Part shown: one piece after another, positions 38,733-48,437 of the stretch | Position numbering within the stretch: the stretch's first letter is position 1 | Layout: each line of letters opens with the position of its first letter | Assembly (NCBI GenBank): GCA_011523785.1 | Contig: WTFW01000120.1 | Span: 12,114-76,113, forward strand | Length of the DNA: 64,000 nucleotides | Direction: 5' to 3' | Source of the DNA: Chloroflexota bacterium | Lineage (GTDB): Bacteria > Chloroflexota > UBA11872 | Notes under the pieces: generated by a model | Databases searched by the model: none | What the model saw: the letters and a program-made list of their open reading frames with translations, nothing else | What the model was told of the DNA's origin: nothing | Program-made: the position numbers and the translations under genes

Positions 38733-39577
38733 CGCTCGGTCCTTGCGGTTTCGGCCAGGCGCAGCAGGCTGTCAGGCGGCAGTGGCCCCGTGAGCAGAAG
38801 CTGCGACCGTTCGTGCATCCAGGAAACGCCCAGGCTTCCGGTTGGCAGGTCGGTGACGGATGGTTCTGCCGAATCAGATGTCGAGTCGCCGTCCAGGCCC
38901 AACGCCAGCCGGACCAGCGGGATTTCCAGCACGTCGAACTCCTGGCTCAAGATCGGCGGAACAAAGGCCTGGGCCAGCAATTCGGCCAGCAGCTCCAGGT
39001 CGCGCGGCGGCAGTCCGCGAACGAGCGGCGCTTCGATCTGGAGCAGCGTGAGCGGTTCCCGGTCGGTGTCGTCAGCCGGCCAGGTGGTCATAACGTACGC
39101 GCCGCCCGAAATCGTGAGTTCGTCGGTTCCCAAGCGACGCGCGAGCGACCGCGACCCGAAGCCTCCCGACAGCAGCGCGGCCAGGTCGGCTGTGTCCAGT
39201 TGCAGCGTCAGCGTGCCAAGGGTGGAGATGCTGCGCTGCGGTTCGCCTGAAAACCCCTGGGAGGGACTGATGGTGAGTACGTCGAAGGGCAAGGCGCGGA
39301 GTTCCGCCGGCGCCGGGTCTTGAATCGTCAGGCCGGGTTCCGAACTGACCACCTCGACGACCTCGGCGAGGGTCGGCGTAGGTGTCGCGGGCACGGTTCG
39401 CCCGGCGGCGGTTGCCGGACCGGCGTCCGCGTCGATCTCCAGCGGCGTCACCCGCAGCCAGCCCAGGACCGTGTGCGTGATGTCGCGCGCCGGGGCAAGC
39501 GTGATCAACAGGACCACCGCCAACGTGATGGATCCAATGGCGGCCCAAAGGGCACGCGAGCGGACGACCTGGCTCAC
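38729..39577 (-). CDS. Membrane-anchored hypothetical protein (anti-sigma extracytoplasmic-domain-like)
   Basis: Single N-terminal TM; C-term VSW...LTGPLPPDSLLRLAE; GTGA coupling to upstream gene. Confidence 0.55.
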   Translation of the reverse strand: MSQVVRSRALWAAIGSITLAVVLLITLAPARDITHTVLGWLRVTPLEIDADAGPATAAGRTVPATPTPTLAEVVEVVSSEPGLTIQDPAPAELRALPFDVLTISPSQGFSGEPQRSISTLGTLTLQLDTADLAALLSGGFGSRSLARRLGTDELTISGGAYVMTTWPADDTDREPLTLLQIEAPLVRGLPPRDLELLAELLAQAFVPPILSQEFDVLEIPLVRLALGLDGDSTSDSAEPSVTDLPTGSLGVSWMHERSQLLLTGPLPPDSLLRLAETARTER

Positions 39578-41289
39578 GCCGCGGGATCTGCGTCCGAATG
39601 GACGCCGCGAACGGCCAGCACCACGCCCAGAAACAGGGTGAGCAGTCCCAGGCTGCGGACGGATAGGGCAGTCATGGATATATCGAAGATACTCCCAAAC
39701 AGCCCGCTGTAGGCGTCCAGGGGCAGCGAGGCCAGCGCCAGCCCCGCTCCGCACAAGACCGGCGTCCAGCGGCTGGCGCCCGTGGGCCAGCGAAACGCGA
39801 GGCTCAGACCTAACAGCGGAAGCAGCCAGGCCAGGTAGTGCGGCCAGGTGACGCCGCTGATGACGAGCGCCGTCACGACAGCCAGGCTGAACTCCAGCAC
39901 GAACGCCCGGCCCTGGCGCGCCCTTGACCCCAGCGCCTTCGCCGTAACGACCAGGGCGGCGAGCACGGCCATAACGGTCAGTAGCCGAGCCATCGCAATG
40001 TCCGGCTGAAGGTCCAGGAAGCCCTTGGCAAGCTCCGGTCCCATGAAGACTCGCAGGATCAGTCCCGGGAGCGAGAGATTGTTGAAGAGGGCGCTGCCCG
40101 CCAGCAGGTCCGGCAGCCGGACGGCGAGGTAGTACTGCCAGGCATCAACACCTGCGAACGCCAGGCTGAGCCCACCGGCAACCACGACCACGGCGGCCAG
40201 TCCGCCCAGGGCCTTCCAGCGTCCCCGCCACAGCAGATACAAGGCCAGCAGGCCTGGCGCGATCTTGAGCATGGCCGCAATGCCGATACAGGCGCCGGCC
40301 CAGGCGTCATCGCCGCCGCGCAATCGATACGCGGCCGCGGCCAGCGCCAGGCCGATGACCAGGTCCACCTGACCCAGCCGGAAGGCCAGCAGAAACGGGT
40401 CGAGGAGCGTCACCACGCCCAGAACAAGGCCAAGCCACACCCACGGCGGTAGGGCCGGCCGGACCATCCGCCACGTCAGCGCCGCGGTTGCCAGCAGCGC
40501 CAGGTGGTTCATCGCCAGGAAGACCAGCCGCGCAGCTGCCAGCGGCATGGTCGAGTACGGCGCGAAGTACAGCATGGCCGTTGGCGGGTTGGTGACCATG
40601 GCCCAGAGACGGGTGCCGACGTAGGGGATGGCTTCGCGTCCGGCGACTTGCAGGGCAACGGCGTTGTCGTACGGATTCAGGCCGTCGCGCAGCGCTAGCG
40701 CGCCGATGTAGTTGACCCGCAGGTCCGAGGGAACTTCGATCGCCAGCACGTCCAGGAGCGCCAGCCGCAGATAGGCCAGCGTGCCCACCACGGCTACGAC
40801 AGTCAGCCCTCGGCCGGCTACCGGCGCGGGGGCGATGGAGCTTGGACGCCTTGCCGCCAGCCATGGCCAACTTACCCACAACAGCGCGAGCGCTACGAAC
40901 TTGACGCTCAACCACTCGGTGACCGACGGCCGTGCAAACAGTTCGGGCGTCACCAGCCCGACGGTTAGCAGATGGTTGGTGGGCTCGTGCGCGTAGTGGA
41001 ACCCGGCAATGATCCAGCCGTCCAGCGTTGCCAGCAGGGGCAGACCGGCTGCGACCCAGCCGGTTTGGTTCCCAGTCAAATGTCGAATCCGCCAGGCTCC
41101 GGCCCAGAGGAGCAGGGCCCCGACGAGACTGCCCAACGCCGTGGCCGCCCAAGCCAAACCGGGCGCCGTGAGGTCGGCTCGGCCGATCGAGGCGCCGGCT
41201 ATTGCCAGGGCCATGCCGATGAGACTTGCCCACCCCAGCGCGCCGAGCGCCGTGCGCGGGGGTGGGAGCGTGGCGGGCAACCTACGCAT
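39574..41289 (-). CDS. GT87/DUF2029 family GT-C glycosyltransferase
   Basis: DLRVNY...GLNPY, NPP, LGQVDL, AAMLKIAP, NLSL, TWPHYLAW. Confidence 0.8.
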   Translation of the reverse strand: MRRLPATLPPPRTALGALGWASLIGMALAIAGASIGRADLTAPGLAWAATALGSLVGALLLWAGAWRIRHLTGNQTGWVAAGLPLLATLDGWIIAGFHYAHEPTNHLLTVGLVTPELFARPSVTEWLSVKFVALALLWVSWPWLAARRPSSIAPAPVAGRGLTVVAVVGTLAYLRLALLDVLAIEVPSDLRVNYIGALALRDGLNPYDNAVALQVAGREAIPYVGTRLWAMVTNPPTAMLYFAPYSTMPLAAARLVFLAMNHLALLATAALTWRMVRPALPPWVWLGLVLGVVTLLDPFLLAFRLGQVDLVIGLALAAAAYRLRGGDDAWAGACIGIAAMLKIAPGLLALYLLWRGRWKALGGLAAVVVVAGGLSLAFAGVDAWQYYLAVRLPDLLAGSALFNNLSLPGLILRVFMGPELAKGFLDLQPDIAMARLLTVMAVLAALVVTAKALGSRARQGRAFVLEFSLAVVTALVISGVTWPHYLAWLLPLLGLSLAFRWPTGASRWTPVLCGAGLALASLPLDAYSGLFGSIFDISMTALSVRSLGLLTLFLGVVLAVRGVHSDADPAA

Positions 41290-43042
41290 CAGCGGAGCTC
41301 GTGGCCGCGGCAGGTTCGGCCGCGCTCGAACGGTCCTCGCGCCAAAGCCGGCGCGCAAACACGGCGCCCAGGGTGAGAACGGCGAGCGTCCGTGCGACCA
41401 CAACGACCCAGAGAACCCACTGGTGCTCCGACCAGAGCACGAAGTAGGCCGGGTACTCGAGCAGCGCCAAGACTGACAGGCCGGTGGCGATCAGGAAGCC
41501 GCGTCCGCCGGGAAACGCCAGCAATGCGAAGGGCAGGAGCCAGACCATGAACTGTGGCGACCAGCCCCGCAGATACAAGGCGAAAGCCGCCAGGGCCAGG
41601 CCAGTTGACCACACTGCTGACGCCGGCGTCGGCGGCGCCCGTCGCAGCGCCAGCACCGCGTAGAGGGCCGCAAGGGCGGCGGCCGTGCCCCACCAGGCCG
41701 CGGCGGGCAGATCCGGGGTGTAGTTGAACTCCAGAGCCGTGTCCGGCGACTGGCGGTAGCGGTGGATCCAGCCGAAGCCGAAGTAGCCGTCGGCCAACGC
41801 CCACACCGTTTCCCAGCCTGGTCGCAGCAGCATGTTCTGGATCGAAGCGACAAAGAACTCACGCCCAATCACCGCCAGCGGCGCCAGAGCCCCGATCACC
41901 GCCGCGGCCGCGAGGCCCAGATAGCGCGTCCGCGCCGACCAGCGCTGCCCCGCGAGCAGCGCTGGAAGGGCCGCTGCCGGAAACAGCTTGGTAAGCACGC
42001 CCAACGCGATGGCCAGGGACGCCGTATGGCGACGTTCGCGAATCACCAGATACACGCCCATCAGCATGAAAAACACGGCAATCGATTCGAAATGCCGGTT
42101 GGCGATGTAGATCGGATAGAAAAGCGCGGCATAGGCTGCGGCCGTGACGAGGCCCCGCGGTTCGTCCCAGACCCGCACCGCAATGGCGTGGATGAGCCAG
42201 AGGATGCCGGCCTCGAAGAGGACCATCATCAGGCTGAACAGGACCTGGAACGCGGCCTCGTCAGCGCCCAGCGGAACGCTCAGCAGCTTTAGACCCGAGG
42301 CGGTCCAAGGGAAGAGTGGCGGGTATTCCACCCAGTAGTCCAGGTATGGCTGCAAGCCTTGCAGGGCCAGGCGAGCGCGTTGCTCGTAGGCGCCGACGTC
42401 GCTGCCGCGCTCGAAGAGCCCAATCGGCCGCCACAGCAGGGCCAATCCCAAGCGCAGCATGATGAATTGCAGGAAGATCAGGCCGAAGGTCAGCCGCGTG
42501 AACCGGCTGCCCGCCAGTCCCGAAATGGCGTTACGAACCATGCGAAAGGACGCGGGCCGCACGCGATCCAGGCTGAAGGGCAACCACAAGACCTGGCCGG
42601 CGGCCCAGATGCCAAGCGGCGCCGCCCACAGCCAGCGCAAGTCATCCGTCTGAAGGAGGCGATGGTTCACGGCGTCCGACACGAACGCCATGACGGCTAG
42701 CGTGACCGGCGCCAGCAGCGGCCAGTGCGTCCACGCGTGGCTGGTCAACACGTCGTCCACCCGGCGCTGCGCCACGAATGCCACAAGCAGAGCGCCCGCC
42801 ACGCTCCACCCGGTCGTGGCGGTAAACGTGACCAGGAAATAGAGCGCCCAGGCAAAGCTGAGGTTGCCCGGCGTGGTGCGTCCCTCGCGCATGAGCGCGA
42901 CAAAGACGGCCAATCCCAGGATCAGAACCAGCGTGACGGCAAGGGCGGCGATTCCGCGCCAGCGCAGCGCCGGGTAGGCGGAGGCCTCGCTGGCGGTTAC
43001 GTCTCCGGCGGCGGCGCCCTTGTCAGTTGGCTTTGACGTCAA
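41282..43042 (-). CDS. GT87-like GT-C membrane glycosyltransferase
   Basis: PYLDYWVEYPP, LGVLTKLFP, WSPQFMVWLLP; many TM helices. Confidence 0.75.
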   Translation of the reverse strand: MTSKPTDKGAAAGDVTASEASAYPALRWRGIAALAVTLVLILGLAVFVALMREGRTTPGNLSFAWALYFLVTFTATTGWSVAGALLVAFVAQRRVDDVLTSHAWTHWPLLAPVTLAVMAFVSDAVNHRLLQTDDLRWLWAAPLGIWAAGQVLWLPFSLDRVRPASFRMVRNAISGLAGSRFTRLTFGLIFLQFIMLRLGLALLWRPIGLFERGSDVGAYEQRARLALQGLQPYLDYWVEYPPLFPWTASGLKLLSVPLGADEAAFQVLFSLMMVLFEAGILWLIHAIAVRVWDEPRGLVTAAAYAALFYPIYIANRHFESIAVFFMLMGVYLVIRERRHTASLAIALGVLTKLFPAAALPALLAGQRWSARTRYLGLAAAAVIGALAPLAVIGREFFVASIQNMLLRPGWETVWALADGYFGFGWIHRYRQSPDTALEFNYTPDLPAAAWWGTAAALAALYAVLALRRAPPTPASAVWSTGLALAAFALYLRGWSPQFMVWLLPFALLAFPGGRGFLIATGLSVLALLEYPAYFVLWSEHQWVLWVVVVARTLAVLTLGAVFARRLWREDRSSAAEPAAATSSADA

Positions 43043-43052
43043 GCGCAGACGC

Positions 43053-43790
43053 TCAACTCGGCGCGACGCCGGTCAGTAGCGTATTCGCGAAGTCTTCAGA
43101 GAGCGGAACACCAAGCGCTTGCACCTCGGCATATGCGCCCTGGTGGTCGTAGTCCACCCGCCGCAGTTCGGCCGACCAGCGGCCGCCTGAGTCGTCCAGA
43201 ACCGCGTAGGTCGCCAGGCCGGGTTGGCCGTCGTGGGAGCGGCCCACCGCCCCGCAGTTCACGGCCAACACGTCGCCCGCGTGTCGGATCATGGCGGTGT
43301 GGGTGTGGCCGCTGACGACGGCCGTGGCTTCGGTGGGACCGATCACTTTGGCCACGGTCTGCTCATCGTCGTCGCGGCTCCAGCCGGTCTCGTCGTCGCC
43401 CGGCGACCCGTGCACGACCAGCAGCGTGCCGGCCGGTGACGGGATGCTGGCCTGCCGCGGCATGGCGCCCATTTCCCTGACCAGGGCCGGTCCCAACCGC
43501 TCGGCAGCCCAGGCGACATTTGTCGCCCTGAAGTCCGTCGGTCTGCGCGCGGGCTTGCCAACCGCGGCGAGCCCGGGGCCGAGGGTGGCGATGTAGCGGT
43601 CGGTATTGCCCTGCACCAGCCGCCAGCCGAGATCGAGGACGCGTTCCCAGCACTCGCGCGGCCGCGAGCCGAACAGCGCCGCGTCGCCACCAAACACCAC
43701 CTGGTCCGCGCCCACCCGCCGCAAGTCGGCCAGCACCGCGAACAGGGCGTGGCGGTTGCCGTGAATGTCCGTGACGACCGCGATTCGCAT
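43053..43790 (-). CDS. Metallophosphoesterase (calcineurin-like)
   Basis: DIHGN, GD, GNTD, VHGSP, GHTH. Confidence 0.92.
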   Translation of the reverse strand: MRIAVVTDIHGNRHALFAVLADLRRVGADQVVFGGDAALFGSRPRECWERVLDLGWRLVQGNTDRYIATLGPGLAAVGKPARRPTDFRATNVAWAAERLGPALVREMGAMPRQASIPSPAGTLLVVHGSPGDDETGWSRDDDEQTVAKVIGPTEATAVVSGHTHTAMIRHAGDVLAVNCGAVGRSHDGQPGLATYAVLDDSGGRWSAELRRVDYDHQGAYAEVQALGVPLSEDFANTLLTGVAPS

Positions 43791-43978
43791 CCTGCCCGCC
43801 AGCGTGCCCTACCGGACACGACTCTTCCAGTAGGGAGCGGCAGCTGTGCAGGTCGTGGAAGTCGGTCACCGCTCGGCCAACCACGTGCGCCCTATTGCAC
43901 ACATGCTCTGGTAGCTTGAAAGCCTGCCGCCGCTGACCCGACCACTGGCGCTATTCCCAGCGGCGAATTGGCGAGAAC

Positions 43979-44680
43979 TTGGACTTAACCGGACCTTCGT
44001 TTGTAGTCGCCGCGATCATTGTGGCCGTTGCCCTGCTGGTGGTTGTTGCCGGCTGGGTGATCTTCGGGGCCGCGTTCGTCGTGGCCGCAAATGCCGCGAT
44101 TCACCTGGCGAGGGGCGCGTTTCACTGGGTCCATTTTCTGGTCGGCGGTCGGGCCGCGGAGCTTCCCGATGCACGTACCACCGGGGCGGCGCCGGCCGCC
44201 AGCCGCGCGCCGCCGGTGCGCCGCGACCCGGCCGTGCGAGCCCAGGCGGCAACGGTCATGGCGCAGCGGCAGCGGCGTAGTCGCCGGACGCTGGGTGCGC
44301 TCGTCCTGGGTGTCGCACTCGTTGGACTGTTTCTTCTGGGCTACAACCTGTGGCTGAACATCCTGGCGGAGCGCCGCGAGATTCGCGTGGTTCACAGCAT
44401 TTCGGAAGGAACGGAAGCTCTCCCCGAATTCCTGACCACCCAAATGACCCTCGTATCTGAGCCGCCCGGCAACGCGGGTCTGCCCTGCACGGTCAAGCTC
44501 ACCTGGATCGAGTCGGGCGGCAGCCGACGTCTGAACCGCGTTATCGAAAGCCCGGATCGGCTCAGTATTCGGGACCTGGCATTCAGCGGGGGCATCAGGG
44601 AAAGCCCCCACTACCGGCAGGATCCAGTGACCCTCAGCTCGAAAGGCTGCCGACCATGGCGCGTGGAAATGTCCGGCTGA
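43979..44680 (+). CDS. Hypothetical membrane protein
   Basis: Hydrophobic N-terminal and central segments; fills the intergenic space. Confidence 0.55.
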   Translation: MDLTGPSFVVAAIIVAVALLVVVAGWVIFGAAFVVAANAAIHLARGAFHWVHFLVGGRAAELPDARTTGAAPAASRAPPVRRDPAVRAQAATVMAQRQRRSRRTLGALVLGVALVGLFLLGYNLWLNILAERREIRVVHSISEGTEALPEFLTTQMTLVSEPPGNAGLPCTVKLTWIESGGSRRLNRVIESPDRLSIRDLAFSGGIRESPHYRQDPVTLSSKGCRPWRVEMSG

Positions 44681-44752
44681 CCTTGGAAGGAGCCAATTTG
44701 GCCCTGCTGTGACCGCGTCTCGGCCACCCACGGCCCTTGGCTAGACTGCGCC

Positions 44753-46012
44753 ATGCCTGAATCCGCGCCATGTATGCACCTCGTCCGCCAGACGTTCGAT
44801 ACCGTCGAGCTGGACGATCTCGAAGGGCACCTGGCCGGTGGCCTGCGCCGACAGCTTGACCAAGCCGCCTTGTCGGCCGGGGCTTCGGTGGCCATCGCCG
44901 TGGGATCGCGCGGCGTCTCGCCGGTCGTAGAGGTTGTGCGGACCCTGGTGAGCGGACTGCGCGAAGCGGGGGTACAACCGTTTGTCGTCCCCGCCATGGG
45001 CAGCCACGGCGGCGGCACGGCCGAGGGACAGGCGTCGGTTCTCGCCGACTACGGGGTCCACGAGCAGAGCGTCGGCGCTCCGGTTCGAGCGACCATGGAG
45101 ACTGTGGTACTGGGCAAGACGGCTTCCGGCATCACCGTCCACCTGGACGCCGAGGCCGCGGCGGCCGACGGGGTGATCGTGATTGGCCGCGTCAAGCCGC
45201 ACACCGGGTTCCGCGGGCCGATCGAAAGCGGCCTCTGCAAGATGTCCGTCATCGGCATGGGCAATCGCCGCGGCGCCGAGTCATTGCACGCTCACCCGCT
45301 GGCCACCGGCATACCCGAAGCCGCTGCCCTCACCGTCGCGTCCGGCCACCTGCTCTGCGGTGTTGCGCTGGTCGAAAACGCTTTTGACCGGCCGGCCCGC
45401 GCCGAGGTCGTGCCCCCGGACGCCTTTCACGCGACCGACGAGGACCTCCTCAAGATCGCCCATAAGCTCATGCCCCGGCTGCCCCTGGAGAAGCTCGACG
45501 GCCTGCTGATCGACCGCATGGGCAAGAACATCTCCGGATCGGGCATGGATCCCAACGTCGTCGGCATGTGGCGGCGCCTGGGCGAGCTTGACCGCACGCC
45601 CGACTATGGCTGGCTGGCTGTCCTGGGCCTTACGCCCGAATCCCACGGCAATGCCGTCGGCATTGGCCTGGCCGATCTCTGCAGCCGCAAGCTGGCCGAC
45701 GCCATCGATCACGACGCCCTGGCCATGAACACCCTCACGGCGATGGCGCTGCACGCCGCCAAGGTGCCGCTGACGCTGCCCACCGACCGTGCGTGCTACG
45801 AAACGGTCCTGCACCTGGCCGCGCGTTCGACCAATCAGCCGCTCCGGATCGGGCGGATCCGCAACACGCTCGATCTCGAGACCTTCTGGGTCAGCGAGGG
45901 CGCGCTCGACGATCTGCCGGGCAGCTGCGAGGTCATCGACCCGGCCAATCCGTTTGGTTTTGATGCCGACGACGCCATCCTCGAAACCGGCGCGTTTGAA
46001 CCGTCCGCCTGA
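44753..46012 (+). CDS. LarA-like (lactate racemase superfamily / DUF2088-DUF362) protein
   Basis: VAIAVGSRG, PFVVPAMGSHGGGTAEGQ, RVKPHT, ESGLCKM, GKNISGSGMDPN. Confidence 0.72.
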   Translation: MPESAPCMHLVRQTFDTVELDDLEGHLAGGLRRQLDQAALSAGASVAIAVGSRGVSPVVEVVRTLVSGLREAGVQPFVVPAMGSHGGGTAEGQASVLADYGVHEQSVGAPVRATMETVVLGKTASGITVHLDAEAAAADGVIVIGRVKPHTGFRGPIESGLCKMSVIGMGNRRGAESLHAHPLATGIPEAAALTVASGHLLCGVALVENAFDRPARAEVVPPDAFHATDEDLLKIAHKLMPRLPLEKLDGLLIDRMGKNISGSGMDPNVVGMWRRLGELDRTPDYGWLAVLGLTPESHGNAVGIGLADLCSRKLADAIDHDALAMNTLTAMALHAAKVPLTLPTDRACYETVLHLAARSTNQPLRIGRIRNTLDLETFWVSEGALDDLPGSCEVIDPANPFGFDADDAILETGAFEPSA

Positions 46013-46045
46013 CAGCTCGCGAAAAGATCGGCGGCCGGCTCACGC

Positions 46046-47212
46046 ATGACCATTGGCGGGCGGCGTTCGGTCGTCCCACGCTCCATGCCGTTCTATTTCA
46101 CCGTCGGCCTCGTGCTGGCGATACCGGGCCCATCGCTCGAGGCGGTGCGCGCCGACCTCAACCTCTCCTATGTGCTGGTGGTCCTGACGTTGATCGTTCC
46201 CGCGACTTCGTACGCAACCGGCACGATTGTCGGCGGGTTGGTGGCGGATCGGCTCGGCCGTCGCTTCACGCTTACCACCGGCGTGACCCTCTTTGCAATC
46301 GGGTTGCTGACGTCCGGCTTCGCGCCGGCGCTGGACGTGTTGCTGCTTGGCGCCTGCCTGAACGGCTTTGGATTTGGTCTGACGGAGGCCCCGCTCATGG
46401 CCACCATTTCGGACGTTGCGGGCGAAGCAACCGGCCGCGCCATGACAATCTCGCAGATGCCCTTTGGCTTCGGCGCGCTTACGGCGCCGCCGCTGGTCGG
46501 CGCGCTGCTGCAAACGCCGATCGGCTGGCGCGGCGGCTATCTCACCGCGGCGCTGTTGGTCATGCTGACGTCGATCATGCTGCTGTCGGCACGCATTCCG
46601 GCCGCTTCCGAGCTTCGCGCCAAAGGTGGCGCCCTGGTCTCCGCCGTCCTGCGTCCCGTGCCAATCCTGCTCGGCTGTGTCGTCGTTGGCTACTTCAGCA
46701 TGCAACTCGGGCTTGGCGGATTTCTGGCGGCCTATCTGGAGGCCGAGCATGGTCTCACGCGCTCGCTCGCGGCCACGCTCGTGGCCGCCTTCTGGTTCGG
46801 CATTTCGCTCGGGCGGATCATTGGCGCATGGCTGGCGCTGCGAGTGCAGGCCTACAGCCTGGCCCTTGGCAGCCTGGGACTATCGCTACTCTGCGCCGTC
46901 GTTGTGGTCGGTGTTCCCCAGCCCGCGGCAATCCTCGCCGCCGCATCGCTGGCCGGCCTGGTGGCCGGTCCGCTGTTTACGACCGTGGTGGGAATTGGGG
47001 TGCGCTACCGCCCGTCGGCATCCGGCATGATTGCCGGATTCATGCTCGCCATGGGTGGCGCGGGATTCGCCGGACTCTCGCTGGCGGCAGGCGCCGTTGC
47101 GGATGCGCTGTCCGTCCGTGCGGCTGTGGCCGCCATGCCGGTCACACTTGGAATCGCCTTTCTCTTGCTGCTGCTTGCGCGCCGGTTGCACGCGGCCGAG
47201 CTGCGATATTGA
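46046..47212 (+). CDS. MFS transporter (sugar/FucP-like)
   Basis: GLVADRLGRR; about 12 TM helices. Confidence 0.88.
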   Translation: MTIGGRRSVVPRSMPFYFTVGLVLAIPGPSLEAVRADLNLSYVLVVLTLIVPATSYATGTIVGGLVADRLGRRFTLTTGVTLFAIGLLTSGFAPALDVLLLGACLNGFGFGLTEAPLMATISDVAGEATGRAMTISQMPFGFGALTAPPLVGALLQTPIGWRGGYLTAALLVMLTSIMLLSARIPAASELRAKGGALVSAVLRPVPILLGCVVVGYFSMQLGLGGFLAAYLEAEHGLTRSLAATLVAAFWFGISLGRIIGAWLALRVQAYSLALGSLGLSLLCAVVVVGVPQPAAILAAASLAGLVAGPLFTTVVGIGVRYRPSASGMIAGFMLAMGGAGFAGLSLAAGAVADALSVRAAVAAMPVTLGIAFLLLLLARRLHAAELRY

Positions 47213-47237
47213 CGGCATCCAGGTCGTTGGACTCCGG

Positions 47238-48437
47238 GTGCGCACGATGATTCTGGCGGCCAGCATGTGGTTCTACGCCGCCGGCGGCGCCGCCATCAGC
47301 GTTTTTGGCCCGTCACTCGAATCGATCAGCGAAGACTTCGGCATCACGTACAGCCAGATCAGCGTGGTCATAACCGTAATCTCCGTCGGCTTCATTGCCG
47401 GGTCGCTGGCTGGCGGTGCGGTGTCTGACCGCTTTGGTCGCCGGGCGGTGATGGTCCCGTCGGCGCTGGGAACGGCCCTGGCCATGTTCTGGTTTGCCGC
47501 CAGCCCCACGTTCGGCTCCCTGCTGGCGGCGGGGTTTCTGATTGGCGCCGGGTTCGGTCCGGGCCTGGCGGCTGCAACAGCGCTCGTCGCCGACCTGGCT
47601 CGCGAGCGCAGCACGCGTGACCTCAACCTGTTCAACACCGCGTTCGCCCTCGGGGCCATCGTGGCGCCGCCGCTCGTGGCAATCTGCCTTGCGGCGTTTG
47701 CCAGCTGGCGAGTGGCCTACGTGGTCGTGGCCGTCTGGTTTGCCACCAGCGGCCTCATGTTCATGCGCTTGTCCTACCCGCCGCGTACTGGCGCCGTTCC
47801 CCCCGTTCGCGGCGTAGTCAGAGCGCTTGGCTCGCCGGTGTCGATTCTGCTTGGACTGGTCCTGATGCTGTACGTCGGGGTCGAAATCGCGTTCGGCGAC
47901 TTCGGTGCGGCGTTCATGGAACGCGTGCAGGGAATCCCGCGAGCTGCCGCGGCCGCTTCCGTGACGACGTTCTGGATTGGAGTCTTGCTCGGGCGATTGG
48001 TCGTGGCCCGTCTCGTGGGCACCTGGCGTGCGTCGAGCATCGTTCGCTGGTCGCTCGCGCTCGCATTCGGCATGTCGGGATTGGCGGCGCTGGCGAATTC
48101 CGCGCCGCTGGCTGTGCTGGGCTTCGTCCTGACGGGCGCAACGGTCGGGGGCGTCTTTCCAACTGCACTGGGAATCGGCCTGCGTCTTCGGCCGGAAATG
48201 GCCGGATCCCTTGCCGGGGCTCTCACGGCCCTGGCCAGTGTTGGCGGCGCGCTGCTCGCGCCCATGATCGGAGTTGCGTCGGACGCCGCCGGACCGCGAG
48301 GTGGCATGCTGCTCGCGCCGGCCTTCATTTTCGCGGCCATGGTGCTGTTCGAACTCGTACGGGCGCTGCGACGTCGGAACGCGCGCGCGACGGCCGGCCT
48401 CGCGGCGCCGACGGTCAAGGGCTCCATTGATGCCTGA
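47238..48437 (+). CDS. MFS transporter (sugar/FucP-like)
   Basis: GAVSDRFGRR, LYVGVE; start uncertain (47208-47247). Confidence 0.88.
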   Translation: MRTMILAASMWFYAAGGAAISVFGPSLESISEDFGITYSQISVVITVISVGFIAGSLAGGAVSDRFGRRAVMVPSALGTALAMFWFAASPTFGSLLAAGFLIGAGFGPGLAAATALVADLARERSTRDLNLFNTAFALGAIVAPPLVAICLAAFASWRVAYVVVAVWFATSGLMFMRLSYPPRTGAVPPVRGVVRALGSPVSILLGLVLMLYVGVEIAFGDFGAAFMERVQGIPRAAAAASVTTFWIGVLLGRLVVARLVGTWRASSIVRWSLALAFGMSGLAALANSAPLAVLGFVLTGATVGGVFPTALGIGLRLRPEMAGSLAGALTALASVGGALLAPMIGVASDAAGPRGGMLLAPAFIFAAMVLFELVRALRRRNARATAGLAAPTVKGSIDA

